DNA of 63,166 bases, filler included, from Octopus bimaculoides (lineage: Eukaryota), in assembly GCF_001194135.2 (NCBI RefSeq). It is 10 parts of 10 records of this genome, joined end to end, with 100 filler letters (N's around TTAATTAATTAA, not from the genome) between each part and the next. Parts side by side here need not be neighbours in the genome. Positions count along the whole stretch, not along the records: positions 20,126 to 25,049 come from NC_068998.1; positions 25,150 to 35,249 come from NC_068993.1; positions 35,350 to 43,945 come from NC_068986.1; 7 more parts are not named here. One strand, given 5' to 3'. Made by a program: the position numbers and the translations under genes. Each line of letters begins with the position of its first letter. The stretch's first letter is position 1. The notes below the pieces were generated by a model that saw nothing but the letters and a program-made list of their open reading frames with translations, ran no database searches and was not told the origin of the DNA. Positions 24,693-37,961 of this stretch are shown here, in pieces.

Positions 24693-24948
24693 ATATTCAG
24701 CGTGACACAGAGTGCGACAAGGCCAGCCCTTTGAATTACAGGCGCAACAGAAACAGGAATGTAAGAGTGAGAGAAAGCTGTGGTGAAAGAGTACAGCAGG
24801 GTTTGCCACCATCATCCCCTGCCGGAGCCTCGTGGAGCTTTAGGTGTTTTCGCTCAATAAACACTCACAACGCCCGGTCTGGGAATCGAAACTGCGATCC
24901 TATGACCGCGAGTCCGCTGTCCTAACCACTGGGCCATTGCGCCTCCAC
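24693..24948 (-). mobile_element. tRNA-derived SINE family D (tRNA-Arg-like head)
   Basis: Head gtggaggcgcaatggcccagtggttaggacagcggactcgcggtc…ggtttcgattccc-type, with TCG at the anticodon position. Near-identical to 59612-59960. Confidence 0.85.
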
Positions 24949-26063
24949 GGAATGGATAAGATGAAACCAGTAAAAGACAATCACAGTAGGCGATGCAGAA
25001 CAAAGGAGGAGAGGTAGATAATTGATGTGGCCCAGAGCATTTGAAGATANNNNNNNNNNNNNNNNNNNNNNNNNNNNNNNNNNNNNNNNNNNNTTAATTA
25101 ATTAANNNNNNNNNNNNNNNNNNNNNNNNNNNNNNNNNNNNNNNNNNNNATATATATATATATAATACAAATAATAAATGAGTATATGCATATATATGTA
25201 CATGTATATACATACCTACATCTACCTGTATATATAGATGCATATCTGGGTACAGGACGTTGCAAACAAAACATAGACAAATGATAAACAGAGTACAGAA
25301 AACACACAGGCCACATAGAGAACATTTCCTTCATCAGCTGCCATATATATATATATATACTTACATCAATAAATATACACCTACATATATGTTTGGTGTA
25401 AACAACTGAGGTAAAAAAAAAAAGAAAAAAAAAAAGAAGTGTGTATGATTTGTTTTGCGCCTCTCATTTCTGAATTCAAGACTTCCCAAAGGGAAGTGAT
25501 GATAGGCTAGGTTGCTGGAGTGAAGTCTTTGGTGGTGTAGGAATTGTATTTTCTGTTTTTTGTTTGTTGCAGCTGGTGGGTGATGAGTTGATAAAAAAAA
25601 AAAAGTAAAGCTCTATGAACATGATATGACTACACACACACACACAAGCACACGCTGGTGTGAGAGGTGTCTGAGTGCAGGTAGTGTTGTTTTCCAATGA
25701 TAGTGGCTATTCTTCTGTCACAAAATTGGTTAAGTGCAAAATGTAAAAAAAAAATGAAGGAAAATAATCACACTCACACACAAATTAATGTAATATACTT
25801 ACTATAATGTATGTGTTTGTGTGTGTGTGAGTACATATATATATATATATATGTATACACACACGCATATATGCATATAGACTATTGTACACTCACATAA
25901 TTACCTACTGCAATATGTGTGTGAGAGGGAGAGAGAAAGAGAGAGATATATACTTACACTTGAAAAAAAAAATATACTTCTGTTATGTATGAAATGTGAA
26001 TATATTTCATGAGTGCGTTTGTTCACTGTTCTCTATCATCCCACCTCTCTATCACCTTTCTTG

Positions 26064-26095
<32 letters not shown>

Positions 26096-26699
26096 GTACA
26101 TACATTATATATATATATAGATATATATGTATATATATAAGTATTCACACACACGCATACATTTTTTTTTTTCATGTATTTATATTTTTACTCCCTTTAA
26201 AATTTTTTTAAAAAAACTTTTTTCGTCAACAACTTTCGTTTGTGTATTAATATGTATATTAGGTTTGCATGTATGTATATATATATATTTTATGTATATA
26301 TATATGTATATGTATATATTAAATGTATATAGATTTGGTTATATATATATATATATCGTATTATCGTATACAATGTGATATTTCAGTTTTTTTGTTTTTT
26401 TTTTCGAATTTCAACCCTGAATAACAAACAATGAGATAAAAAAAATTATTTGTCTGGTTTTTTTTTTTTTGAATTTCATTTCGAATCACTTTTTTCTCTC
26501 TATATTTTTTTGACTTTACTCTTTCAACAATATTATGGCTGAATCATTTACATGTTAGAGAAAATGCTCTGCAACATTTCAAGTCCTACCAAGATCAACT
26601 TCGTCTTTCATATTTTCAGGTTTGATGAAATAAAATACCAGTCATTCTGGGGTTGGTGGTATTGGTTGCTCCCCACTCTCCTTAAAATTGCTCGCCTTG

Positions 26700-26945
26700 T
26701 ACCTAAATGGCCCTGGATATGAAATGGCAACAGCACATAACCAATGAATGTGTCTATGGAAGCCTTCCTAAAGTGATTAACAAGATTAGAGAAAGATGTC
26801 TCTGCATTTCAGGTCATTGTATGCGGCACCAGGAAAATGTATCAAAACTTGTTCTCTGGGACCAACAGCATGGTACCAGCAAGCATGGGAGACATTATCT
26901 GAAATTTATTTCAGATATTTCTGATATTTATATCATCTGAAGGAG
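26700..26945 (+). mobile_element. RTE/RTEX-type LINE ORF2 C-terminal fragment
   Basis: LDMKWQQHITNECVYGSLPKVINKIRERCLCISGHCMRHQENVSKLVLWDQQHGTSKHGR resembles the post-RT WxxHITNEELY…RRLRFAGH…LWxPxHG…RGR region. Confidence 0.7.
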
Positions 26946-27045
26946 GACATAAGATTGGATCCTATTCATGAAATGAAAGTTGGGGTGATGGATCAAGTTG
27001 CTTAGCAAAACTGATTTGTTTTTGAGGACCCATGCTGAAACACAC

Positions 27046-27200
27046 GTGCTGGTGCCATGTATGACGTGCTGGTGCCATGTATGACGTGCTGGTGCCATGT
27101 ATGACGTGCTGGTGCCNNNNNNNNNNGACGTGCTGGTGCCATGTATGACGTGCTGGTGCCATGTATGACGTGCTGGTGCCATGTATGACGTGCTGGTGCT
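27046..27200 (+). repeat. 20-bp minisatellite (gtgctggtgccatgtatgac)n, at least 7 units
   Basis: Exact tandem units either side of a 10-N gap; the last unit merges into an RTE tail. Confidence 0.95.
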
Positions 27201-27380
27201 ACGTAAAGTGTACTGTGTACACTCTGTAAAGTGGTTGGCATTCAGAAGAGTATCCAGCTGTAAAAACTATGCCAAAACGGAGAAACAGTGCCTGGTGCAG
27301 TTCCCTGGCTTGCCAGTTCCTGTCAAACCGTCCAACCCATGCCAACCTATAAAACTGATGTTAAATGATGATGATGATGA
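27190..27380 (+). mobile_element. RTE-type 3' tail
   Basis: gtggttggcattcagaagagtatccagctg…ccgtccaacccatgcc…gttaaat(gat)n. Confidence 0.75.
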
Positions 27381-27714
27381 TTGGGTGGAAATCCGGCCAA
27401 TAGAACTGTATCCAAATCAGAAACCCTTATTATATTAGTAATGAGTTGGCTGAAATAAAAGGCCATTGTCCCTCTGATCTGTGTTGATGTCCCACTAGAG
27501 TTGTTAAGGGTTAAGGATTCTGCATTATAATAGGGTTGATTCAGTTGATTTAACTCTTCAAAAGGATTCTACTTTTTATCACTGGATATTGCTATCCCAT
27601 CAAGTAATTGTTTTTATTCACCATATCCTCCCTTCAATACTTACAGTTACAATCTATTCGTAACCATTGTCTGGTGACTGTCTTTCCCTCAGTCAATTAG
27701 TGTACATTACTCCG

Positions 27715-27943
27715 TAAGGAGCACAGAGCTAATTTCCTGGTTTCTCTCACATATATATTCCTCCCTGTATGGGATGCTGATCTGTCACAGGATTACTCAT
27801 TTTTGCCAACTGTGTGGACTGGAGGAACACGAAATGAAGTGTTCTTGCTCAAAAGCACACTGCATCACCTGGTCCCGGGAATCAGAACCACAATCTTAAG
27901 ATCATGAGTACAATGCCTTAACCACTATGCCACGCACCTCCAC
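27715..27943 (-). mobile_element. SINE family B
   Basis: The minus strand reads gtggaggtgcgtggcatagtggttaagg…ttttgagcaagaacacttcatttc…ccagtccacacag. Confidence 0.7.
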
Positions 27944-28489
27944 ATTTTCTCTCAAATATTACTTTGTAATTATTTAATGGCATAAAAGACACACAGGAAT
28001 ATTTCGTGCATTCCATTATCAGCAGCATACATTCAAGGAGAAATGTTTTGAGTGTATTAAAGAATGCTTAACTTCACATATATGATCTGAGGTGATCTCC
28101 CGAGACATTTTTATGGTTAAAAAATGTGTAATATATGCCATCAAATATGGTAATCTAATAGTTCTTCATGCATATGCCAACAAAATATTTACTCAACGTC
28201 ATGTTGATGTGTTGCTTTCTATTGTTAACAAGTCCTTCAACTGACTTACTTTCGTCATTTGATTATGATTCATCATTGTTCACCAAACATTAATAAGATG
28301 ATTGATTTACTTGTTAGCTTTTTCTTTTCATGTTCTTTTTCCATTTTTGTAAGGTGTCCACCAAGTTTGTTCCCTTATAGCTGATATTTTCAATCCCACA
28401 ATGCCACATGTTGTCAGTAGTGTTCCTTGAGTTTTTGAAGCAAATCAGAAACGAGTTTTTTTTTTTAATGCACCACCCCAGTATATTCT

Positions 28490-28710
28490 TTTATTTGTTT
28501 GTCATTCGATTGACTGTGGCCATGCTGGAGCACTGCCTTGAAGGGTTTTAGTTGAACAAGTCGACCGCAGGGCTTGTTTTTTAAGCCTAGTACTTATTAT
28601 CTCGGTCACCTTTGCCCAACTGTTAAGTTATGGACATGTAAACACTCCAACACCAGTTGTCCAGTAGTGATGGAGGCACAAACACGCATGTGTATATATA
28701 TGTGTATGTA

Positions 28711-28771
<61 letters not shown>

Positions 28772-28900
28772 GCTTCTTTCAGTTCCCATCTACCAAATCA
28801 ACTCGTAAGGCATTGGTCGACCCGAGACTATAGTGGAAGACACTTGCCCAAGATGCCATGTGGTTGGGAGAAGCAAGCTTCTTATCACACAGCCATGCCT
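28490..28900 (-). mobile_element. SINE family A
   Basis: Tail, body, central (TA/CA)n and head are present; short deletion in the head. Confidence 0.85.
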
Positions 28901-29316
28901 GCACGTATGTGTACTCTTTTGCTGCAAAGTGCATTGTGTGCACCTGTTTCCATTTCAAAACAATTCTAATACTATTTTTTAAAGATAAATATGACTTGTT
29001 AAAATCTGATAGTGCATCACAAGACTTTTACTGTGCTGTGGATTGGAAAAAGTTAAAAATTGATGCCTTATAGCAAACAACTTATGAAATTTCTTTTAAT
29101 CACCAGATGTTTAGATATCCTTTAATTTTTCATCAGATGTTGACAAGATGTCCCCAAGGTGTTAATTTCTGATGAAAATTTAGGGGATAAGATTTCTCCA
29201 AGTTTTTATCATTCGATAAGATAAATACCAAATTTTCAATAACAATAGTTATCTAAGCAAAATCTAAAAGTAAAAATCTACCTGAATTCTTCACGCAAGA
29301 CAATAGGGGCAATTTC

Positions 29317-29547
29317 GTTAATGCTTTAGCATTCAGATTACTCTTTCAAATGTGATTCTTATTTATTCACATCGTTTTGAATTAATCACAGATCATCTCA
29401 TAGATTCAGGATTTCGATGATGTGATTGCTTGTTTTGAGAATGACATTGTTGAATAGATGTGAGTAACTGGATCTAGTTGGTTTGAACATAAAATAAGTA
29501 GAATGTTTGGGGGCAGATAAAGCTGGTTTATATGCTAATGGGTTAAA
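29317..29547. mobile_element. TTAA MITE family, full copy
   Basis: ttaatgctttagcattcagattac … tatatgctaatgggttaa. Confidence 0.7.
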
Positions 29548-29678
29548 TGTCTAAATCTTGTAGACAAATGACTTATAAGTTATATATATTTGAAAAATTA
29601 ATCTCATCTTCAGGCATGAACAATTTTTATATCTGTTTATAAATGATTTGATCCTTGAGTGAAATAATGCAATCTTAA

Positions 29679-29717
<39 letters not shown>

Positions 29718-31006
29718 ATAAAGAATGTTATAAGTTTAAAATTATTCTTTGATAATTTCTTGTCAGATAATTATCATATTAGTGTACTCTGTAAATAATA
29801 TATTTTTATAGTAATACAATTTATAATCTTAGATATTAGCAACAAAAGCAGATTAGTACTGAATAGCAATCTTTATATCCTACATAATGTGGCTATAATA
29901 ATGTAAGATATAAAATTGGAGAATGTGTATATACTGAAGTGGACAGTTAATGGGTGATAATAGGGTTGTGACTTATGGGTAGACACCAACTGATTCCAGG
30001 TGGGTGAATAAAGACTGTCAATTGATTAAATGGTGGCTTGTTGGGCTTATGTGAACTTTTAGGAGCAGTCATCAGTACACTGTAGTTCCATTATCAGTTC
30101 CGTTTCTGAGCTTCATGGACACCTGCAGAAAGGATGACTGGACGAAATTACAATTAAGTGAAGAAATATTCTAACTCACCCACTTTGAGAAAAGAGGATA
30201 TAATTAAACAGTTTTATTCTCTTCTGTCATAATGTCAAATAATATATGTAATTGTCAATAATAGCTTTAGCTGGTACGCACACATTAGCATCAATTTGGA
30301 GTTAAGCAGTGGAATCACATTCTGTAACATCAGTAATTATCTGTGACAACAACAGCAATGAAAGCAGTATAAAAAGCAACTCGTTTGCAGGTATTGCTTA
30401 AACGTTTTAGTCCTGTTAGATGAAAACATCAATATCTAGAACAAGCATGGAAATACATCAACTGACATGGTAGTAAAATTACACTCACAATATCACTGCA
30501 GCTCTTAAAGCAGACAGATGGAAGAATGTTAATTTACAGATGTATATTGCTGGAGCGGTATAGACTGGAAGGAGTCTCTCCAAAGCCAGCTAAACTGTAC
30601 TTTAAAAGCTTCTAGATGAATGTAGACTTTCGTTACTCATGCCTCCCAGTATGGCTGTACAGAGTAACTGGGTTGTGATGGAAGTAGAAACCTTCATTCA
30701 TATAAAATCTGAGACACAGAATTGGATCCTCAGCCTAATAAAGATCTCAGGAGGGTTGCATCTGTAGTTGGTAATGGAGGGTGAAAATCTAGATTCCACA
30801 ATTGGAACAACACTGATCACCTTCAAGGCTTTTCTGTCCCCAACTACAGAAAGTGACAGCTGAAGGAAGACCTCCACTAGTATCAGCACAGCAATATGAA
30901 TAGTGTTACCAACAGTAGCTACAGAAATGAAAGCTACAGTAACAGTAAGACTAATTGTGGTGGCAGCAACAGCAAAAACAACACAAGAAGTATTGCCCTC
31001 AGGGGC

Positions 31007-31043
<37 letters not shown>

Positions 31044-32580
31044 GGTAGCAAAACTATATAAAGTTATACTACCAGTGGCCTAGTATGTAAAAAATCAATA
31101 GACAACATATTCAATATTTAACCACAAAGTTAAACATTTCAAAGAGAAGAAAAAATAAAAACTTTTACCCTATTTTTAACGGTTAGACCTATAGGTTTCT
31201 GATTTTTTAGGAAATAAAGTAATTTACTAGGCAAATCGTCTTCAGTAACCAGCCGTCAAGGAATTAACGTATATTCACAAGACAAGAGGCCATAAGCACA
31301 TGTCTTCCCAAATATACATTCTAATTTNNNNNNNNNNNNNNNNNNNNNNNNNNNNNNNNNNNNNNNNNNNNNNNNNNNNNNNNNNNNNNNNNNNNNNNNN
31401 NNNNNNNNNNNNNNNNNNNNNNNNNNNNNNNNNNNNNNNNNNNNNNNNNNNNNNNNNNNNNNNNNNNNNNNNNNNNNNNNNNNNNNNNNNNNNNNNNNNN
31501 NNNNNNNNNNNNNNNNNNNNNNNNNNNNNNNNNNNNNNNNNNNNNNNNNNNNNNNNNNNNNNNNNNNNNNNNNNNNNNNNNNNNNNNNNNNNNNNNNNNN
31601 NNNNNNNNNNNNNNNNNNNNNNNNNNNNNNNNNNNNNNNNNNNNNNNNNNNNNNNNNNNNNNNNNNNNNNNNNNNNNNNNNNNNNNNNNNNNNNNNNNNN
31701 NNNNNNNNNNNNNNNNNNNNNNNNNNNNNNNNNNNNNNNNNNNNNNNNNNNNNNNNNNNNNNNNNNNNNNNNNNNNNNNNNNNNNNNNNNNNNNNNNNNN
31801 NNNNNNNNNNNNNNNNNNNNNNNNNNNNNNNNNNNNNNNNNNNNNNNNNNNNNNNNNNNNNNNNNNNNNNNNNNNNNNNNNNNNNNNNNNNNNNNNNNNN
31901 NNNNNNNNNNNNNNNNNNNNNNNNNNNNNNNNNNNNNNNNNNNNNNNNNNNNNNNNNNNNNNNNNNNNNNNNNNNNNNNNNNNNNNNNNNNNNNNNNNNN
32001 NNNNNNNNNNNNNNNNNNNNNNNNNNNNNNNNNNNNNNNNNNNNNNNNNNNNNNNNNNNNNNNNNNNNNNNNNNNNNNNNNNNNNNNNNNNNNNNNNNNN
32101 NNNNNNNNNNNATATATATATATGCATACTTACATATAGACAGTTAAAAATCCCATCAAAGCTAGTGAAATAGCCACTAGGGTTGAATCATCAATGATAT
32201 CTTTTCTCCTTGTGATAAATTTAAGGCACTTGGCAAGTCCAAGCCAGCCAGTGTTCATCATTGGATAAATGCTTCATACTATATTTTAAGAAAAACAAAA
32301 AAGATCTGGATGGTAATAACTGTAATCCCTTTGATTGTAGCCCTGGTCAATCAGAGCTGACATGGGAACTTATTAATCCCACATCGTATATATATATATA
32401 TATATATATATACATACAAAATAAAATTGAGAAAATGGAGACGTAGCATTAATATAATTTATTAACTGCAAATATCATCATTCACAAAAAATCTAGGCAA
32501 TGAACCAGTAATTCATTGAATATTTTTATCTCTTAAAGAGGCTATTTTAACTTTTAATTAAATTTATATATATATATATG

Positions 32581-32617
<37 letters not shown>

Positions 32618-34611
32618 CTGTGTGTGTAAAGACGTTAATTTTCTTTATATTACCGATATTTCCTATTGTTATGTAAAGGGATCACTAGGGGAATAAAATG
32701 TATCGCAGATTGTAGGTTTCGGTGGCTTAATTCTAGGAAATGGAGCAGGCTATTATTTTCTTTTAACAATCCGATAACGAAAAACAAACAAAAAACAAGC
32801 GTATAGTAAAGTCATGAGCCAACTGGATATTTGTCGTATTGGAGAGGGAACCAGTGTTATATACGCGTGTTTGTTAAAGGGAGATAATAGTATAGAGGGA
32901 GGCAACTCTTGTAAAGCTTGATTATGAAATGGTTTATTGCTAAAGATTAGGTTTCGAACGACTATGATAGGAGTGATCGCCAAGGTTCATAGAACCGTTG
33001 ATAAGGTATAGAACACCATCATGTAAAGTTTCAAGAATTATATTATAAAGTATATTTAAAAACTTTCTTGATTTAAGAACAAGAATTCATTCTTTTGTGT
33101 CATTACCGCTTTTTTTTTATAACAAACATCTAAGGAAATTTAACATTTTAGTCATTGCAAAATTGTTTCCCTTTTTGATCCAGCTTTTAGAGAATTAGCA
33201 AATAAAAATCATCAACAATGCTCTTTATATTTGGCTATTCTATTTTACACAGGCCATAATATTTAAATTACTGAATGATGACATATCCTCTTGGATTGAA
33301 AAGTTGCAATGATACCAAAGTACGTTTTCTCCGCATTAATGGTCATTACGTCAATGCTCCAATTATTATTTCTATAAATATGAATTCATAGTCTGGATAT
33401 AGAAGCTGGAGGTTTCGAAGCAGTTGTCCATAGACAACTGGCCACCTCCCCAAACATTTCGGGCCTTGTGCCTAGAGTAGAAAAGAATATGTTGTTTATA
33501 TTAGCATAAATCTAGTCAAGAAATCATATTAATAACATAATTATGTTCTAACTTGATCTTAAAGATGTTCAAAGATTAAATGTAAAGAACTGATCCTCCT
33601 GCATCGCATTATAAATTACTCCAATTTGACGGGAGCAATGCTCATTATAATATCAAGGAAAATAATTCTTTTATAGATCTAAGGGACATAACTCTTCAAA
33701 ACTTACTGCGAAACGCATATGTTCAAGGGAAGTAACTCATAATTGACATGTGTGCGCGCGTGTGTGTAGACCGCGCATTTTGAGCGAAATTGAAAAAAAT
33801 ATTTTTTTCCTAGAACTGTTAAGTATACCTGAAGGTGAGTAATTGTCGTTCAATTAGGTCAAAAGAATAGGTAATCGAATTGTATTCTTCGATTAACTGA
33901 AATGAATAGCTAATCGAATATTGTACGCAGAAGCGACAGCACAAAGGAAACGACGTTTATTTCATCAAATCGGAAAAAAGAGTTCAATTCCTCTGAAAAA
34001 AAAAGAAAAAAGAAATTACATGCCATAAACAAAGGTCTTGCCGTGGGATGTGTGAGTGAGTATGTGTGTCACACAGTGTGTTTATATACATACAATACTG
34101 CCTCAACTGCATAAACCGGATATGTGTGTATGTATGTGTATGCGTATGTTTGTATCTTTCTCTCTATATATTCATAGACGGACACAGGTATATAGCATAC
34201 ATACAATATATATGTGAATCTACGCATTCTGATCGAATCCTCCATGTGTTAACATGGGTCCCTTAACGGCAATGTAAACTACATATAATGAAGAGATCCT
34301 TGGCCTGACGAGTAGCCTGCGATACACACCTATCTTGGTTTATTTACCGCTTCCGAGGTTCCGCTCGCTATGAAATATAGCCCAGATTGTACCTCCTCCA
34401 TTTCTTAACCTTGGGAATTTTATTCGGATACCCGTTGACTCTGGTTGCCAACCGTGAGATATGAAATAATTTTTTCAGTTTATCGGTCTTCGATTCGGAA
34501 AAATTCACACCCTTCCGCACTGACAAACCTCCATTGCTCCTGAAAGTTGTTTTTTTACAGTGTCTACGGATTGCTTGAAACTCACTTACTTCCTACACCT
34601 CGATCCTTGGA

Positions 34612-34659
<48 letters not shown>

Positions 34660-34794
34660 NNNNNNNNNNNNNNNNNNNNNNNNNNNNNNNNNNNNNNNNN
34701 NNNNNNNNNNNNNNNNNNNNNNNNNNNNNNNNNNNNNNNNNNNNNNNNNNNNNNNNNNNNNNNNNNNNNNNNNNNNNNNNNNNNATATATAATT

Positions 34795-35205
34795 AGAATG
34801 TAGCCATGCTGGGGCACCGCTTCGAAAGGCCTTTAGTCGAATGAATCGACCCCAGTACTGATTTTTTAAAGTCTGACACTTATGCTATCGCACGATTTTG
34901 CTGAACCGTTAAGTTACGAGGACGTAAACACACCAACACCGGTTGTCAAGCAGTGGTGAAGGACAAAGACAGACTCAAAGATATACAAAGACACACACAG
35001 AACCACACAAACACGCACATACAAATACACACACTCACACACCCATACGACAGACTCCTTTCAGTTTCCGTCTTCCAAATACAGTTACAAGGCTTTGCCC
35101 GGTCCAAGGATATAGTAGAACACACTTGCCGGAGGTGCCACGCAGTGGAACTGAATCCGGAACCATGTCGCTGGGAAGCAAGTTTTTTATCACACAGTCA
35201 CTGCT
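34795..35205 (-). mobile_element. SINE family A
   Basis: gccatgctggggcacc…tagtcgaatgaatcgaccccagtac…cacaccaacaccggttgtcaagc…ctttcagtttccg…ttttttatcacacagtca. Confidence 0.85.
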
Positions 35206-35349
35206 GCATACTCACACACATATGTATACATATACTCACTCACACACACNNNNNNNNNNNNNNNNNNNNNNNNNNNNNNNNNNNNNNNNNNNNTTAATTA
35301 ATTAANNNNNNNNNNNNNNNNNNNNNNNNNNNNNNNNNNNNNNNNNNNN

Positions 35350-35406
<57 letters not shown>

Positions 35407-35599
35407 AATATATGTATATATATACACACACACATGTATATGCTTTTATGTTTCAGCCAGGTGGCTGTGGTCATACTAGAGCACCACCATACGTATATAC
35501 CAGCATAGACAAGGGACATTAAATATATATATATATATATATACACATATATATATATAAATATATATATATACACACACATTCATACATACATGCAGG

Positions 35600-36035
35600 C
35601 TCATGTATAACTGTGTTGTAAGAAGTTTGTTTCCCAGCAACAGGGTTTGGGGTTCTGTCCCACTGCATGGCACTTTGGGAAAGTGCCTTCAACTATAGCC
35701 CCCAAGACGACCAAAGCCTTGTGAGTGGATGTGAGTAAATAGAAACTGAAAGAAGCCCATCATGTATATATACATATGTGTGTGGGTGTGTGCATGTGTG
35801 TGTATTTTACTGTCTACTTGCTTTGACATCACATGATAGTTGTAAATGGGCGTCGTTGTCATGCCAGCAGTGTCCCTCATTTCCAATGTCCCATGGAAAT
35901 ATCTCTGGTCACGGGGAAATATTACCTTACAAGGAAACAGGTAAGGTTGGCAACAGGATGGGCATCCGGCCACGGAAAAATCTGCCAGACAAGCATGGAC
36001 AAGTAGACATTAAAACAACACTGATAGTGATGATG
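35600..36035 (+). mobile_element. SINE with family A head, different body and RTE-like tail
   Basis: Family A head to gaaactgaaagaagccc(ta)n, then a novel body, then gggcatccggccacggaaaaatctgcc…gcatggacaagtagacattaaaac…gatgatg. Confidence 0.6.
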
Positions 36036-36249
36036 TATATACATACATTTGTATACACATATATATACACCGATACACACATATATACGCATGTATAGAT
36101 CTACATATTTTTTTATACGTTACAGCTCTAAGGCTGTGCTCATACTGGGGCATATATATATATATACATGCACACACAAATATACGTGTGTATATATATA
36201 TATTTATATATGAATATATAAGCTTCCATATATATATATATCTTTTTTA

Positions 36250-36649
36250 TTTACTCTTTTTATTTGTTTCAGTCATTTGACTGCGGCCGTGCTGGAGCAC
36301 CGCCTTTAGTCGAGCAAATCGACCCCGGGACTTATTCTTTGTAAGCCTAGTACTTATTCTATCGGTCTCTTTTGCCGAACCGCTAAGTGACGGAGGCATA
36401 AACACACCAGTATCGGTTGTCAAGCAATGCTAGGGGGACAAACACACACATATATACATATATATATTATATATATATATATACATATATACGACGGGCT
36501 TCTTTCAGTTTCCGCCTACCAAATCCACTCACAAGGCTTTGGTCGGCCCGAGGTTATAGTAGAAGACACTTGCCCAAGGTGCCACGCAGTGGGACTGAAC
36601 CCGGAACCATGTGGTTGATAAGCAAGCTACTTACCACACAGCCACTCCT
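36250..36649 (-). mobile_element. SINE family A, young full-length copy
   Basis: Closely matches the reverse complement of 40482-40912. Confidence 0.9.
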
Positions 36650-37101
36650 ATATACATATATCTACATTTATGCATGATCTCACAAATGTGTGTGTATATT
36701 CATGTACCTATTCATTTCCATGTGTGTGTGTGTATACACATGCATATATCCCTGTACACTTATATATATATATATAAAGTACATATCTCTCCCACACACT
36801 TAGCACTTGTATGTAGACATTTACATACATCAATATATATACATTTTTTTTTTTCTGCTTGAAATTCTGTCACGTGCAAAAGATAGGCCAGAGTCAGTTG
36901 GCCTCCATATAACATTATGTAACTCATTATATGTATGTATACACACACAGGTTCAGTATGTATAAAAGCGGATGTAAGCTGGCATTGCGTACGATGAAAC
37001 GGATATAGATAATGTGGATAATGTGTTGAATAATATAAAATGGTTAACACACAGTTTCTCTGTTAAATAACTGATGTCATTGGGCTGTTTATTATACAAA
37101 C

Positions 37102-37140
<39 letters not shown>

Positions 37141-37607
37141 TGTACTTTAGAACTAACACAAATCACACAGGGTGTGTGTCTATATATAAAGTACGTGTTT
37201 GTCCGCTGTTGGAAATAATTTTCTTAGAGGAACGGGAAAGTGTTTGAGATAATAATAATTTGCTATGTAGGCCCACGAGGGGAGCAGATGACTTATTTTA
37301 TTCTATTTATTCATTGAACTAAACGTGAGGAACCCAATGGTTACTAAATATATCCTAATAAAGTTTCCTTCCAGGATATTATAGACTGTCCATCATCATC
37401 ATCATCTCTACACCCCTGTTTTTTTTTAAGGACATCTTCCCCCCACATGTAAGCTACATGCAACACACATGGGGGAATCAGTTTTAATGATGTACATACA
37501 TTTATATATATAATACACACTACATATGTTGAATGATAATGCATTGTGCGTATAAATATATATATACGACTTTTGTTAATAAGTATATATGTGTATGTTT
37601 GTGACCT

Positions 37608-37667
<60 letters not shown>

Positions 37668-37866
37668 GTGTGTGTGTGTATTTATGAGTGTATATGTGGC
37701 TATATGTTTGACTAATGTGTGTATAAGTATGTATATGCGTATATCATCCATTATAGTAATATTTGTATGTTGAAATCCGTTTTAAGGCGGTCAACAGTAG
37801 AGTTTAATGAAATATGTGTCTATACATATATGTATATACATACGTATATATATATATATATGTATA

Positions 37867-37897
<31 letters not shown>

Positions 37898-37914
37898 GTA
37901 TATATGTGTATACA

Positions 37915-37961
<47 letters not shown>

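Noticed and set aside
27046-27200. CRISPR-like array
   Set aside because: Contiguous 20-bp units with no spacers, in a eukaryotic context.
29680-29715. A36 tract as a retrocopy tail
   Set aside because: No canonical poly(A) signal, target duplication or recognisable upstream source.
33700-33845. CpG-containing segment with a gaag|gtgagt donor as a gene start (similar ETS-like patches at ~53310 and ~54030)
   Set aside because: No downstream coding exon is identifiable, and such short motifs are expected by chance or within repeats.
34290-34320. ctgacga-gtagcctgc-gatac as a hammerhead
   Set aside because: GAAA is absent, stem II is marginal, and there is no cleavage triplet or stem I.
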